Below the pieces are notes generated by a model. That model saw only the letters and a list, made by a program, of their open reading frames with translations, was not told the DNA's origin and did no database searches. The position numbers and the translations under genes were made by a program. A stretch of 60,732 bases of DNA, filler included, from a candidate division WOR-3 bacterium (lineage in GTDB: Bacteria > SDB-A): NCBI GenBank assembly GCA_016934535.1. It is 5 parts of 5 records of this genome, joined end to end, with 100 filler letters (N's around TTAATTAATTAA, not from the genome) between each part and the next. Parts side by side here need not be neighbours in the genome. Positions count along the whole stretch, not along the records: positions 42,711 to 50,080 come from JAFGSQ010000059.1; positions 50,181 to 60,732 come from JAFGSQ010000060.1; 3 more parts are not named here. One strand, 5' to 3'. Shown here piece after piece: positions 45,970 through 56,059 of the stretch. The first letter of the stretch is position 1, and the number at the start of each line of letters is the position of its first letter.

Positions 45970-46649
45970 AAAAATTAATCTTTTCGATTGTATCGGTTTC
46001 CCTTATCCTGAACGCAGCATTACAAAATTCAGCTTTGTATTCAACTCCTTCGAGAGCTAAAGTCCTTTTTGCGTCTCTTTTAATCCCCGGTGGAGGAGAA
46101 TACCTTCTAGGCAACAAAAAAGCCGCTTTGGGATTTTTTATTGCTGAAGGGCTTGTCTGGACGGGTTACCTTTCAATGAGGTGGAAAGGCAATTCAATTC
46201 AGAACAACTACAGAATATACGCCAGTGATATTGCCGGGGCTTATTACAGCGAGAGAAACGAGACTTACTGGGACGCAATAGAATGGTATCAAAGCGCTGA
46301 AAGTTACAACTTGAAGGTAAGAGAAGATGCGAGAAAATTATATCCAGACGACTACGACGCTCAGTTGAGATACATTCAAGAAAACAGCTACACAGGCTCA
46401 TATGCATGGGACTGGAACGGAAAACTTTCTCAGTACGACTACTACAGGGGAATGAGGAGAAATTCAAGAGAAGCCCTTCAAAACGCTTCGTACATCCTGT
46501 CCGGAGCAATTTTGACAAGGGTTGTTTCTTTTGCCTGGTCATTCAACAGCCTCAGGAGAATTTCCAACGAACGTGTAATTCTCCCCGAAATCGACTTCGA
46601 CTCTGAATCTTACAAAATAGGAATAAGCATAACCGGTCTTTACAGATGA
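45966..46649 (+). CDS. hypothetical membrane/exported protein
   Basis: ASLLIPGGGEYLLG motif followed by a hydrophobic helix; overlaps both neighbours by 4 nt. Confidence 0.7.
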   Translation: MKKLIFSIVSVSLILNAALQNSALYSTPSRAKVLFASLLIPGGGEYLLGNKKAALGFFIAEGLVWTGYLSMRWKGNSIQNNYRIYASDIAGAYYSERNETYWDAIEWYQSAESYNLKVREDARKLYPDDYDAQLRYIQENSYTGSYAWDWNGKLSQYDYYRGMRRNSREALQNASYILSGAILTRVVSFAWSFNSLRRISNERVILPEIDFDSESYKIGISITGLYR

Positions 46650-47983
46650 ATTTTGTGAGGAGCGTTTCCGGGCTCAGGGGAATAACGGGAAAAGGATTCG
46701 ATCCGGAAAAAGTTGTCGTATATTCAAACGCCATAGCGCAATTTCTCGGCGGAGGAACTGTTTGCCTGGGAAGAGATCCCAGAAAAACTGGAGAAGAATT
46801 TTCTATGGTGGCGGCAGGGTCTCTTATGGCTGCGGGAATGAATGTAGTTGACCTGGGAATTGTCACAACTCCAACTGTTTTGATCAATGTCGGTAGGGGA
46901 AACTATTCTGGGGGTGTGATTATTACAGCTTCGCACAATCCGGAAGAATGGAACGCAGTAAAATTCGTTAAAAAGGGAGGCGTTTTTTTCAACGCTGAAG
47001 ACGCCGAAGAACTTTTCAAAATTGTAGATTCTCACCGTCTGTCATGGGAGAATTTCAAAAAGAGAGGAACTTATACTAAAGACAACACTGCGGAAGAGAG
47101 ACACCTTGATATCATCGCCCAATCTAAATGGTATGAAAAATGCGAAGGGATGAAAGTCGTCGTAGACACCGCCGGAGGGGCATCCTCTTCAATTCTACCT
47201 GAGCTCTGCAGAAGGATGGGCTGCAAAATTGTTTCGGTTTTAGGCGGCTGCAAAGACGGAAATTTTACAAGAGGGCTGGAGCCGGTCCCAGAAAACCTTG
47301 AAGCTCTATCCAAAACAGTCAGAAAAAGCGAAAATACCATTGGGCTTGCCACGGATACAGACGGAGACAGACTCGCTCTCGTCGACGAAGACGGAAATCC
47401 CATTGGCGAGGAAAAAACTCTGCAACTTGCTGTTATGGCTGTACTGGAAAGGGAAAAGGGCGATGTCGTCGCGAATGTTTCGACGTCTTCCGCGGTTAAA
47501 AATATCACAGAAAACATGGGTTGTCATTTTTTCTTATCGCCTGTTGGAGAAGGAAAGGTAGTTGACAAGATGATGGAAACAAACGCGATAATAGGTGGAG
47601 AAGGCAACGGCGGAGTTATTTTTCCTTCTGTGCACCATGCAAGAGATGCTCAAACGGGCGCGATGCTCATTTTGTCCTATCTTCATAAAAAAGGTATCTC
47701 CCTGAAAGAAGCTGTCCGGAAACTTCCGTTGACATATATGATCAAGACAAAAATTGTCGATTTTTCGGGAAATTTCGACTCTGCTCTTTTCGAGGGAATA
47801 TTAAAAAATTCGCAACTGGTGGAAATAGACGGAATAAGATGGCAAAATGAAGAATCCTGGTTTCATGTCAGAAAATCAGGAACGGAAAACGCCCTCAGAA
47901 TCATTGTGGAGTCAAACGTTATAGGTGAAGACCAGAGAATTTTGGAAACTATCAGGAAAAGGCTTGAAAGATGTGCGGAATAG
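46646..47983 (+). CDS. glmM: phosphoglucosamine mutase / phosphohexomutase
   Basis: SVSGLRG, ITASHNP, DTDGDRL, GGEGNGG, RKSGTE; directly upstream of glmS. Confidence 0.8.
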   Translation: MNFVRSVSGLRGITGKGFDPEKVVVYSNAIAQFLGGGTVCLGRDPRKTGEEFSMVAAGSLMAAGMNVVDLGIVTTPTVLINVGRGNYSGGVIITASHNPEEWNAVKFVKKGGVFFNAEDAEELFKIVDSHRLSWENFKKRGTYTKDNTAEERHLDIIAQSKWYEKCEGMKVVVDTAGGASSSILPELCRRMGCKIVSVLGGCKDGNFTRGLEPVPENLEALSKTVRKSENTIGLATDTDGDRLALVDEDGNPIGEEKTLQLAVMAVLEREKGDVVANVSTSSAVKNITENMGCHFFLSPVGEGKVVDKMMETNAIIGGEGNGGVIFPSVHHARDAQTGAMLILSYLHKKGISLKEAVRKLPLTYMIKTKIVDFSGNFDSALFEGILKNSQLVEIDGIRWQNEESWFHVRKSGTENALRIIVESNVIGEDQRILETIRKRLERCAE

Positions 47984-49800
47984 TAGGTTCGATAGGCAAC
48001 GAGAACACAGTAGACATTTTAATTAAAGGTCTGAAAAGGCTTGAATACAGAGGTTACGATTCGGCGGGTATAGCCGTCATTGGAAAAGACGGTATTATAT
48101 CGATTGAAAAACGCGCGGGAAAAGTCAAAGATCTCGAGAAGGATTTGGCAAACTGGAAGCCGCAGACAAAAATCGGAATAGCCCACACTAGGTGGGCGAC
48201 ACACGGAGAACCAAACCAGATAAACGCTCATCCTCATACAGATTGTAAAAATAAAATTGCCGTCGTACACAACGGAATAATTGAGAATTATTCGGCTTTA
48301 AAAAAAATACTTATGGACAGAGGGCATGTTTTCAAAACAGTGACAGACACGGAAGTTCTCGCACACTTGATAGAAGAATTTTACGAAGGGAGCCTTTTCG
48401 AGGCTGTCCGTCAATCTCTGCAGGAAGCGGAAGGAACATACGGTATAGCGGTAATATCTTCTGAAGAACCAGACAAAATAGTCATAGCCAGACTTGGGAG
48501 TCCTCTCGCCATAGGTCATTCAAAAAAAGGAATGCTCGTAGCTTCGGACACGGCGGCGATAGTAGACCACACCAAAAAAGTCGTCTATCTCGATGACAAA
48601 GAAATCGCTGAAATACACAGGGACGAATACACGATAGAAACAATAGATAAGGTCAAGGTGACCCCTAAACTTCAGATAATTGAGACGGATATCAGAAAAA
48701 TTGAAAAGGGGGGTTTTGACCATTTCATGCTGAAAGAGATTTATGAACAGCCCCAGGTAATAGGAGATTCAATCAGGGGTAGAATTGACAGTGAAAACGG
48801 GACCACAAGATTAGACGGGCTCGACAGACATAGAAAACAACTTCAAAACACGGACAGCATTATTATTCTCGGATGCGGAACGTCATACTACGCCGGTCTT
48901 ATAGGAAGTTATGTAATTGAAAAAAATGCTGGAATATCAGTTTACGCTGAATACGCAAGTGAATTCAGGTATAAAAATCCGGTGGTGAGAAAAAACAGCA
49001 TTTCTTTCGCCATCAGCCAAAGCGGAGAGACGGCAGATACTTTGGCGGCCATGAGAGAAGCCTCGAGAAAAGGGTCTATTTGCCTTGGAATCTGCAATGT
49101 TGTCGGGAGCACCATCGCCAGAGAAAGCGAGGGCGGCGTCTATATACACGCCGGACCGGAAATAGGCGTGGCTTCGACAAAAGCTTTTTCAGCTCAGGTC
49201 ATGGTCCTGAACCTCATCAGCATTTTGATCGGCAGAATGAAAAACATGTCCTATGAAGAAGGCAAAATATACGTCGAAAACATAGAAGCGATTCCGGAAA
49301 AAATTAATTCTGTTCTCCAAAATTCGGAATACATCAAAGACATAGCAAAAAAATATTCTGATCGAAACAATTTTCTCTACCTTGGAAGAGGTTTCAACTA
49401 CCCTGTCGCTCTTGAGGGAGCGCTCAAGCTCAAAGAGATAAGTTACGTTCATGCAGAAGGTTATCCCGCGGCGGAAATGAAACACGGACCAATTGCCCTT
49501 ATTGACAAAGAGATGCCTGTGGTCGTGGTGGCGATTAAAGACTCTGTTTACACGAAGGTTTTAGGAAATATTGAAGAGGTAAAAGCGAGAAAAGGCAAAA
49601 TAATTGCAATTGCGACGGAAGGGGACAATGAAGTCAAAAAAAACGCGGATCATGTCATATACGTTCCCGCGACAATGGATTCTCTGTACCCTCTATTAAC
49701 TGTTTTGCCTATGCAGATTTTGGCTTACTACATAGCTGTTGAAAGAGGTTGCAGCATAGATCAACCTCGCAACCTCGCAAAAAGCGTCACAGTGGAGTGA
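47971..49800 (+). CDS. glmS: glutamine--fructose-6-phosphate transaminase (isomerizing)
   Basis: MCGIVG, LEYRGYDSAG, HTRWATHG, SQSGETAD, QPRNLAKSVTVE. Confidence 0.97.
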   Translation: MCGIVGSIGNENTVDILIKGLKRLEYRGYDSAGIAVIGKDGIISIEKRAGKVKDLEKDLANWKPQTKIGIAHTRWATHGEPNQINAHPHTDCKNKIAVVHNGIIENYSALKKILMDRGHVFKTVTDTEVLAHLIEEFYEGSLFEAVRQSLQEAEGTYGIAVISSEEPDKIVIARLGSPLAIGHSKKGMLVASDTAAIVDHTKKVVYLDDKEIAEIHRDEYTIETIDKVKVTPKLQIIETDIRKIEKGGFDHFMLKEIYEQPQVIGDSIRGRIDSENGTTRLDGLDRHRKQLQNTDSIIILGCGTSYYAGLIGSYVIEKNAGISVYAEYASEFRYKNPVVRKNSISFAISQSGETADTLAAMREASRKGSICLGICNVVGSTIARESEGGVYIHAGPEIGVASTKAFSAQVMVLNLISILIGRMKNMSYEEGKIYVENIEAIPEKINSVLQNSEYIKDIAKKYSDRNNFLYLGRGFNYPVALEGALKLKEISYVHAEGYPAAEMKHGPIALIDKEMPVVVVAIKDSVYTKVLGNIEEVKARKGKIIAIATEGDNEVKKNADHVIYVPATMDSLYPLLTVLPMQILAYYIAVERGCSIDQPRNLAKSVTVE

Positions 49801-49933
49801 AATGTTTTTTTGTGTTTTAAAAGAGAAAATGCAAGACCCTTTAAACTTATTATTGACATTTTATTTACTATATTTAAAAATAGTAATTCTAAATTGTGCT
49901 TGATTTAGAAGTGTTTCAAAAAAAGGAGGCAGA

Positions 49934-50080
49934 GTGAAAAGAACTCTTTCAGTTTTTTTCTGTCTTAGCTTCATTCTCGCCGGCGTTTCTTGGGGCTGGC
50001 AGGAGAGCATAGACGGGAGCTGGGGGGCGACTGGACTGACAATAGACAGGACAGACGCTCAAGGGCTGCAACTAAATTTA
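49934..50080 (+). CDS. secreted protein, N-terminal fragment (truncated by contig end)
   Basis: AAGGAGG then GTG; signal-peptide-like MKRTLSVFFCLSFILAGVSWG. Confidence 0.6.
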
Positions 50081-50180
50081 NNNNNNNNNNNNNNNNNNNN
50101 NNNNNNNNNNNNNNNNNNNNNNNNTTAATTAATTAANNNNNNNNNNNNNNNNNNNNNNNNNNNNNNNNNNNNNNNNNNNN
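50081..50180. other. Artificial contig-join spacer
   Basis: N44-TTAATTAATTAA-N44. Confidence 0.97.
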
Positions 50181-51674
50181 ACCGGTGTTATAGTCGCCAA
50201 CTTTTCGCTCCTTAACACGAACTGGTACATAAAACAAATCCACGAACAGGGATTCCCGATTTCATTTTCGAGAGCTTTCAGAGGATGGGCTGAAAAAGGG
50301 ATTCCTGTATTGAATTCCAACAACTTCTACAGGTTCGACAACCCCGCTTTAGAACCTTGGAATGACTACGTTTACAAAAAATACATAAAGGGAGACGCTG
50401 AAAAAGAGAGAATTTGGGTTTCTATGGGAGAATTGCAGAAGATGGAATACGCCATCGAAGTGGCGCAACAAAACGAGGACTCTTTCGAGGACTGGCTTTT
50501 AAACGAAATATCAATAGGAATGGCGGTAGAATTCATACCGGTAAGACTCGCGTCACGAGGCGGAGCTATAAGCCCAGTTGAAGTACTGCTTCCGAAGGAC
50601 ATGACAGTGAGGTCTATCGTCTGCGCCGTGAACGGCGTTGAATTCACTGACAGCGTCTTGTTTATGGACCAGCAGGAGTTCGCTGATTTCGCCGGATCTG
50701 TTACAGACCCTTTTGCAAGTCATTGTGTTTATTTTTCTTCGACCTGCAGCCAGGAAAACATGCTTAGGCTTGAACCCTGGATGGTCGCCGAAGGACTCGT
50801 CTACAGAGTAACGGACAAAAAGACGGAAGAAAACAAAATGATGTACCAGAGCGTCAACTATCCTTATACGGAAAGCCTTTACAACCAAGTATTCCGATTC
50901 AGAGGCATATTCGCCGGAGAAATGTTGGATGAAAAAGGACGGCTTGACACATCGAAAATTGAATATCAAGACATAAAGATAAGCCCCAACACTCTTTATG
51001 ACGATGAATTCGCGAGGCTCGCTTCGAATTACGCCGCGGGATTTTTCATGATGGGGACAAACGAGATAAGAAAATACGAAAATCGCGAGGTGTCGGATCC
51101 CCGAAAAGCTCTTTTATACATGAAAATTGGACATTTGATAAGCAGGGGCAACGAGATGCAGTTCACCTACTATCTCGTCGAAGCTTACAAGATTTCTGGT
51201 ATGAAAGAAGAAGCGATCTCCACCATAGAATGGTTTATCTCGGAGATGGAAAATAAGCTGAAAATGGAATACCTTCCCGCGGAAAGAGAAAGGGCGGTCT
51301 ATTCCCTGGGATTTTTTACTGCCAAAAAGGTTTATACTCTTTTGTATTTCGGAGAAGACCAAGAGGCCAGGAAAGTCTTTTTAGCCTCCGAAGAAATTCT
51401 CAGGGAAAACTCCCTGCAGGATTACATTATACTGCAAAGCCTTTTTTCCTTCAGAGAAAACGACAGGGAGACGGCAAAATCGGTTCTCGAAAATGCAGGT
51501 CTTTATTCTGTCGATTACGATTTCGTAAAAGAGTGGATAGACCAGGGCGTTTTGAAAGAGACAGGAGACACGCAATTCGCCGAATTCGTTTTGAACCTTT
51601 ATGTTCAAAACTCGGCGGTCCTTGACTCGATAATACAGGCCGATTCCTCCCTGGTCGACACGGCGGTGAGATAG
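50181..51674 (+). CDS. DUF2723/TMEM260-like protein, C-terminal part (5' truncated at contig start)
   Basis: Frame open from the contig start: TGVIVANFSLLNTNWYIKQI resembles TGVIVINKSLLNLKWYMDEI of the next gene. Confidence 0.65.
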   Translation, partial: TGVIVANFSLLNTNWYIKQIHEQGFPISFSRAFRGWAEKGIPVLNSNNFYRFDNPALEPWNDYVYKKYIKGDAEKERIWVSMGELQKMEYAIEVAQQNEDSFEDWLLNEISIGMAVEFIPVRLASRGGAISPVEVLLPKDMTVRSIVCAVNGVEFTDSVLFMDQQEFADFAGSVTDPFASHCVYFSSTCSQENMLRLEPWMVAEGLVYRVTDKKTEENKMMYQSVNYPYTESLYNQVFRFRGIFAGEMLDEKGRLDTSKIEYQDIKISPNTLYDDEFARLASNYAAGFFMMGTNEIRKYENREVSDPRKALLYMKIGHLISRGNEMQFTYYLVEAYKISGMKEEAISTIEWFISEMENKLKMEYLPAERERAVYSLGFFTAKKVYTLLYFGEDQEARKVFLASEEILRENSLQDYIILQSLFSFRENDRETAKSVLENAGLYSVDYDFVKEWIDQGVLKETGDTQFAEFVLNLYVQNSAVLDSIIQADSSLVDTAVR

Positions 51675-51684
51675 AGCGCTGACG

Positions 51685-53754
51685 ATGCGCTCGGTTAAAG
51701 AATCGGTATTCGGAGCTTCGGTTTTTTTATTTTTGTTTGTCGTATTCGGTGTCACATCAGCTCCTTCTATTTCATGGTGGGACAGTCCGGAATACGTCGC
51801 GGCGGCATACTGCTGGGGAGTCCCTCATCCGCCCGGCAGTCCTGTCTATGTGACTTTGGCGAGGGTGTTTTGCCTTTTTGCCAAAAGCCCAGAATCGGTC
51901 TCAAGAAGCGTGAATTTTCTCAGTGTGACTTCCGCCGCCTTTGCGGGGCTGTTTCTTTTTTTATCACTTGTCCGAATATTCAGATGCGGTTCCGCCCTTA
52001 AAAAAGCGTTTGTCGCGATCGCTTCCGTCTGCGGCATGTTGAGCTTTTCCGTCTGGGACAGCGCCGTGGAAGCAGAGGTTTACAGCCTTTCTACATTGAC
52101 TGTGTTTTTCTTGCTGTGGCTGTCTTTGAAAACGCTAAAAGAAGGGATGAAGTATTTCATCGCCGGAGCTTACGTTTTGGGAGTCTCATTTTCAATACAC
52201 CCCACTGCACTTGTCGCCGCTTTGCCTTTGTTTGTTTCTTTCATGGTTTCAAAGTTTGGGTTAAAAGTCAAAGCCGCCGCTCTATGCTTATCCGTTCTGT
52301 TTTTTTTGGCGGGGGTGTCCTCTTACGCCATACTGTATTTCAGGGCTCTTGAAAAACCGGTTTTAAACGAATCGGCGATACAAGATTTAAAAGATCTTGC
52401 TGATGTGGCTGCGAGAAAGCAATACGGCAGCGCAAACCTTCTCGCAAGGAGCACGGCAGAGAGGACTGGCTGGGGATTTTTCAGGGCTTTCGCTTACCAA
52501 AACGCTTCTTATTTCAATTATCTGTCATGGCAGTTTACCCCTTTTGTCAGGGAAGGGATTTCAGGTGTTTTCGGGATCTTTGTAAACTCTGCTTTCATGG
52601 TATTTTTCGCTGTAGTATTCATGTATTCTCTTTGGACTAAAATAAAATCCGGGGACAAAAAAGATATGTTGATTCTGCTTTCTTTTATTGTCTGCCTGAG
52701 TTTCGTCCTCATTTTTCTGTTCAATTTCAAATTCTGCTCGAGCGATCCCGACCCTTCACACATCCCAAAGGAAGCGAGGGCAAGGGACTATTTTTTTTCT
52801 GCTGGTTTCGCTTTGATGTATGCGTTTTCACTGGGAAGTTTAATTGAAATGAAAAAGGCGCTGGCGATTTCAATTTCTTTTTTGTGCGTTGTAACAGCTC
52901 TCTATAACGGTTTTTCCGGCCACGCGAACAGAATTGGAAATTACATGCCACAAAATTTCGCACGTAACATTCTGATGTCTGCGAAAGATAATTCGATAAT
53001 TCTCGTCCACGGCGACAACGACACTTTTACGCTATGGTTTATCCAAATAGTCGGCGGGGCAAAGATCTACGACGAAAACGCAGACACTGGCGTGATCGTC
53101 ATAAATAAAAGCCTTCTGAACCTTAAATGGTACATGGACGAAATCTCTGGGAAAATTCCTTTCAAGCTCGAAAAAGTCTACGGAGAATTTTTGAAAGAAC
53201 TCGATATAGAGAAAGAAAACGTGGAAGAATACTGCAGGGAAAATCCAATGGCAGTAAAGACCAAAGACGGCAGGATTCTATACCCCTCCGATGTTGTCAT
53301 CAGGTGCATCTTGGCTCAAATATACGAAATAGATTACGATATCGAAACAATCTCCCTTCCGGATTCCTCTTTCGCCGAATTGTTAGAAAAAAGGGGCAAG
53401 ACGTCTTTCAATTTCTACACCACCGAGGAGATACCTGAGCTTAAAAACATTTTGGTCAGGGGAGGGCTTTTACTTGAGGCGTTCGGAGACACATCGGAAA
53501 ACAGGAGGCTGTTGCTCGAATACGATTACAGGGGTATAATAGACAAAACATATCTCGAAGAGAATGGAAGATTGGCGACACTTGACAGACCGGCGCCCAG
53601 CGCGGCTTTTAAAAGAGACATCGACAACCAGGCGATGTTTTCGTTCTACGAAAGAGCAATAAAATCCCTGAGTTCCACGGACAGCCTTTTTACGGCCCTT
53701 TCGCCTTTTTTCACAGGCGGGGTAAGGGGGAATGAAGATGAATCTATCAGATGA
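51685..53754 (+). CDS. DUF2723 domain (TMEM260-like) multi-TM glycosyltransferase
   Basis: SWWDSPEY...GVPHPPGSP, AVEAEVY, RARDYFF, GDNDTFTLW. Confidence 0.8.
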   Translation: MRSVKESVFGASVFLFLFVVFGVTSAPSISWWDSPEYVAAAYCWGVPHPPGSPVYVTLARVFCLFAKSPESVSRSVNFLSVTSAAFAGLFLFLSLVRIFRCGSALKKAFVAIASVCGMLSFSVWDSAVEAEVYSLSTLTVFFLLWLSLKTLKEGMKYFIAGAYVLGVSFSIHPTALVAALPLFVSFMVSKFGLKVKAAALCLSVLFFLAGVSSYAILYFRALEKPVLNESAIQDLKDLADVAARKQYGSANLLARSTAERTGWGFFRAFAYQNASYFNYLSWQFTPFVREGISGVFGIFVNSAFMVFFAVVFMYSLWTKIKSGDKKDMLILLSFIVCLSFVLIFLFNFKFCSSDPDPSHIPKEARARDYFFSAGFALMYAFSLGSLIEMKKALAISISFLCVVTALYNGFSGHANRIGNYMPQNFARNILMSAKDNSIILVHGDNDTFTLWFIQIVGGAKIYDENADTGVIVINKSLLNLKWYMDEISGKIPFKLEKVYGEFLKELDIEKENVEEYCRENPMAVKTKDGRILYPSDVVIRCILAQIYEIDYDIETISLPDSSFAELLEKRGKTSFNFYTTEEIPELKNILVRGGLLLEAFGDTSENRRLLLEYDYRGIIDKTYLEENGRLATLDRPAPSAAFKRDIDNQAMFSFYERAIKSLSSTDSLFTALSPFFTGGVRGNEDESIR

Positions 53755-55066
53755 CGCAAAAATCTACGTACTCGACACGAACGTCATAATGTACGATTTC
53801 AGGTGTATTTATTCTTTTGAGGACAACAACGTCGTCATACCGATTACGGTGCTCGAGGAAATAGACAAATTCAAAAAAGGCAACGAGATAATAAACTACA
53901 ACGTCAGGGAGTTTTCCAGAGAACTCGATTCGCTTCTCGGGGACAGCTTGACTACGGAGGGTGTTAAACTTGACAGCGGAGGGTATGTCAGCGTAGAGAC
54001 GAACATGAAAAAAGACAAGTTTCTGTCGGAGACCCTTTTGGATGACAGTCCTGACCACAGAATTCTATCCGTGGCGTACAACCTGTCCAAAAAGCACGGA
54101 CAGGGAAAAGTCGTGCTCGTGACGAAAGACATAAACCTGAGAATAAAAGCGAAAGGAGTGGGCGTCAGGGCGGAGGATTACCTCACCGGTAAAATTCTCG
54201 ACTTGGATAAGCTTTATACGGGAAAAAATCTCATTGAAGATGTCCCCGACGAGACTATTGACGCCCTTTACGAAAGGAAAACACTGAGTCTATCCGAGAC
54301 GGGTTTTGGAATTTCTCCGCTTCCCAACGAATATTTCATACTTAGAAACGACCACAAGAGCATTCTCGGTGTATATAATTTTTCTTCTAAGTCTTTCAGA
54401 CTCGTGGAGAGAAAAAGCGCCTACGGCATACAGCCGAGAAACGCCGAACAGACATTTTCCCTTGACGCGCTGACGAATCAGGACATTCAGCTTGCGACCC
54501 TTTCAGGAAAAGCGGGGACTGGAAAAACTCTCATGGCTCTCGCCGCGGCACTTGAAGTCAGAAAGTATTACAGCCAGATTCTTCTGGCCAGGCCTATCAT
54601 CCCGCTTTCGAACAAAGAGATAGGATTTCTGCCGGGTGACGTCAAGAGTAAGATAGACCCTTACATGCAGCCCCTTTGGGACAACCTTTCGGTCATACAG
54701 AACCAGTATTCATCGGATTCTAAAGAGTATTCGAAGATAACAGAACTTTTGAACAACGAAAAACTGCTCATAATCCCTCTTGCTTTCATAAGGGGAAGGA
54801 GTCTTTCGAGGTTTTATTTCATAATCGACGAGGCTCAGAACCTGACGCCTCACGAGGTCAAGACTATAATAACGAGGGCGGGTGAAGGGACAAAAGTCGT
54901 TTTCACCGGCGACCCGCATCAGATAGACACTCCGTATCTCGACTCCAGGAGCAACGGCCTGACTTATCTCATTGACAAGATGAAGGGTCAGGAAATTTAC
55001 GCAAACGTCACACTCGAAAAGGGGGTCAGATCCCCTCTCGCTGAACTCGCATCGAACCTTTTGTAA
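53732..55066 (+). CDS. PhoH family ATPase with N-terminal PIN domain (PhoH2-like)
   Basis: YVLDTNV, DHRIL, TKDINLR, GKAGTGKT, RGRS, DEAQNL, GDPHQID. Confidence 0.92.
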   Translation: MKMNLSDDAKIYVLDTNVIMYDFRCIYSFEDNNVVIPITVLEEIDKFKKGNEIINYNVREFSRELDSLLGDSLTTEGVKLDSGGYVSVETNMKKDKFLSETLLDDSPDHRILSVAYNLSKKHGQGKVVLVTKDINLRIKAKGVGVRAEDYLTGKILDLDKLYTGKNLIEDVPDETIDALYERKTLSLSETGFGISPLPNEYFILRNDHKSILGVYNFSSKSFRLVERKSAYGIQPRNAEQTFSLDALTNQDIQLATLSGKAGTGKTLMALAAALEVRKYYSQILLARPIIPLSNKEIGFLPGDVKSKIDPYMQPLWDNLSVIQNQYSSDSKEYSKITELLNNEKLLIIPLAFIRGRSLSRFYFIIDEAQNLTPHEVKTIITRAGEGTKVVFTGDPHQIDTPYLDSRSNGLTYLIDKMKGQEIYANVTLEKGVRSPLAELASNLL

Positions 55067-55108
55067 AATCAACTTTACAAAAGGGATGAAAAGTAATAAT
55101 TACTATTT

Positions 55109-56059
55109 ATGCAAGAGGTGAGAGGGAATACCGACTACAGATTTATTTTCCCCGAAAATCCGGAAGATGTGTTAGATAGGGCTGTTGAAGCCATAAAAGT
55201 TTCTTACAAAAAAATCGACGTCACCGGCGTAAAAAAAGCTTTCAAAGACGTTGTGTCTCTTTTCGATGGAAACTATCCGGGATACAGAAAATGCACTACG
55301 CGCTATCACGATCTGTCACACTCAACCTCAGTATTTCTCGCATCGGCGAGGCTGATTGACGGAGCGGCGTCTTCAGGGCTCAAGTTCAAGGACGAACAAG
55401 TGAACCTCGCCCTGATTTCCTCTCTGTTTCACGATATAGGTTATATTCAAAAAAATGGAGAAAACAAAGGCACTGGGGCGAAGTTTTCCAGAGGCCATGA
55501 GGAGAGGAGCATCAGCTTTGCGTCTTCTTACCTCGGGGAAAGGGGTTACACTGATTTTGACAGAATGAAAGCTTCTCAGATCATAGCTTCTACTATCCTC
55601 GAACTGCCGTTGAAAGACATTCCTTTTCCTTCAGACGATTTGAAAATTCTCGGAAAAATAGTCGGAACGGCGGATCTCGTCGCGCAGATGGCTGACAGGT
55701 TTTATCTCGAAAAATTGCTGTTCCTCTTCAGGGAATTCACCGAAGCCGGGATACCCGGTTTTCCAAGCGAAATAGACCTTCTCAAAAACACTGAAACTTT
55801 CTACAGAACCGTTATGAAAAGCAAGATATACGGTGAATACGAAGGTGTTTTTGATTTTATGGAGCTGCATTTTTTGAATGCCGTAGGAGACAAATCAAAT
55901 CCGTATGCTGTTTATATGGACAAAAACATTGATTACCTAAACAGAATTCTCACCGATTGCGAAGAAGATTACCGTTCTCAACTGAGAAGAGGCGGAATAG
56001 TCCAATTGCTTAAAAGAGAAGAGAGCATAAACCCCATAAGGAGAGGTTTTAAAGTTTGA
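55109..56059 (+). CDS. HD-domain metal-dependent phosphohydrolase
   Basis: YHDLSH...LFHDIGY...HEERS...TADL. Confidence 0.75.
   Translation: MQEVRGNTDYRFIFPENPEDVLDRAVEAIKVSYKKIDVTGVKKAFKDVVSLFDGNYPGYRKCTTRYHDLSHSTSVFLASARLIDGAASSGLKFKDEQVNLALISSLFHDIGYIQKNGENKGTGAKFSRGHEERSISFASSYLGERGYTDFDRMKASQIIASTILELPLKDIPFPSDDLKILGKIVGTADLVAQMADRFYLEKLLFLFREFTEAGIPGFPSEIDLLKNTETFYRTVMKSKIYGEYEGVFDFMELHFLNAVGDKSNPYAVYMDKNIDYLNRILTDCEEDYRSQLRRGGIVQLLKREESINPIRRGFKV

Noticed and set aside
47900-47983. glmS ribozyme upstream of glmS
   Set aside because: glmS overlaps glmM, leaving no leader for it.
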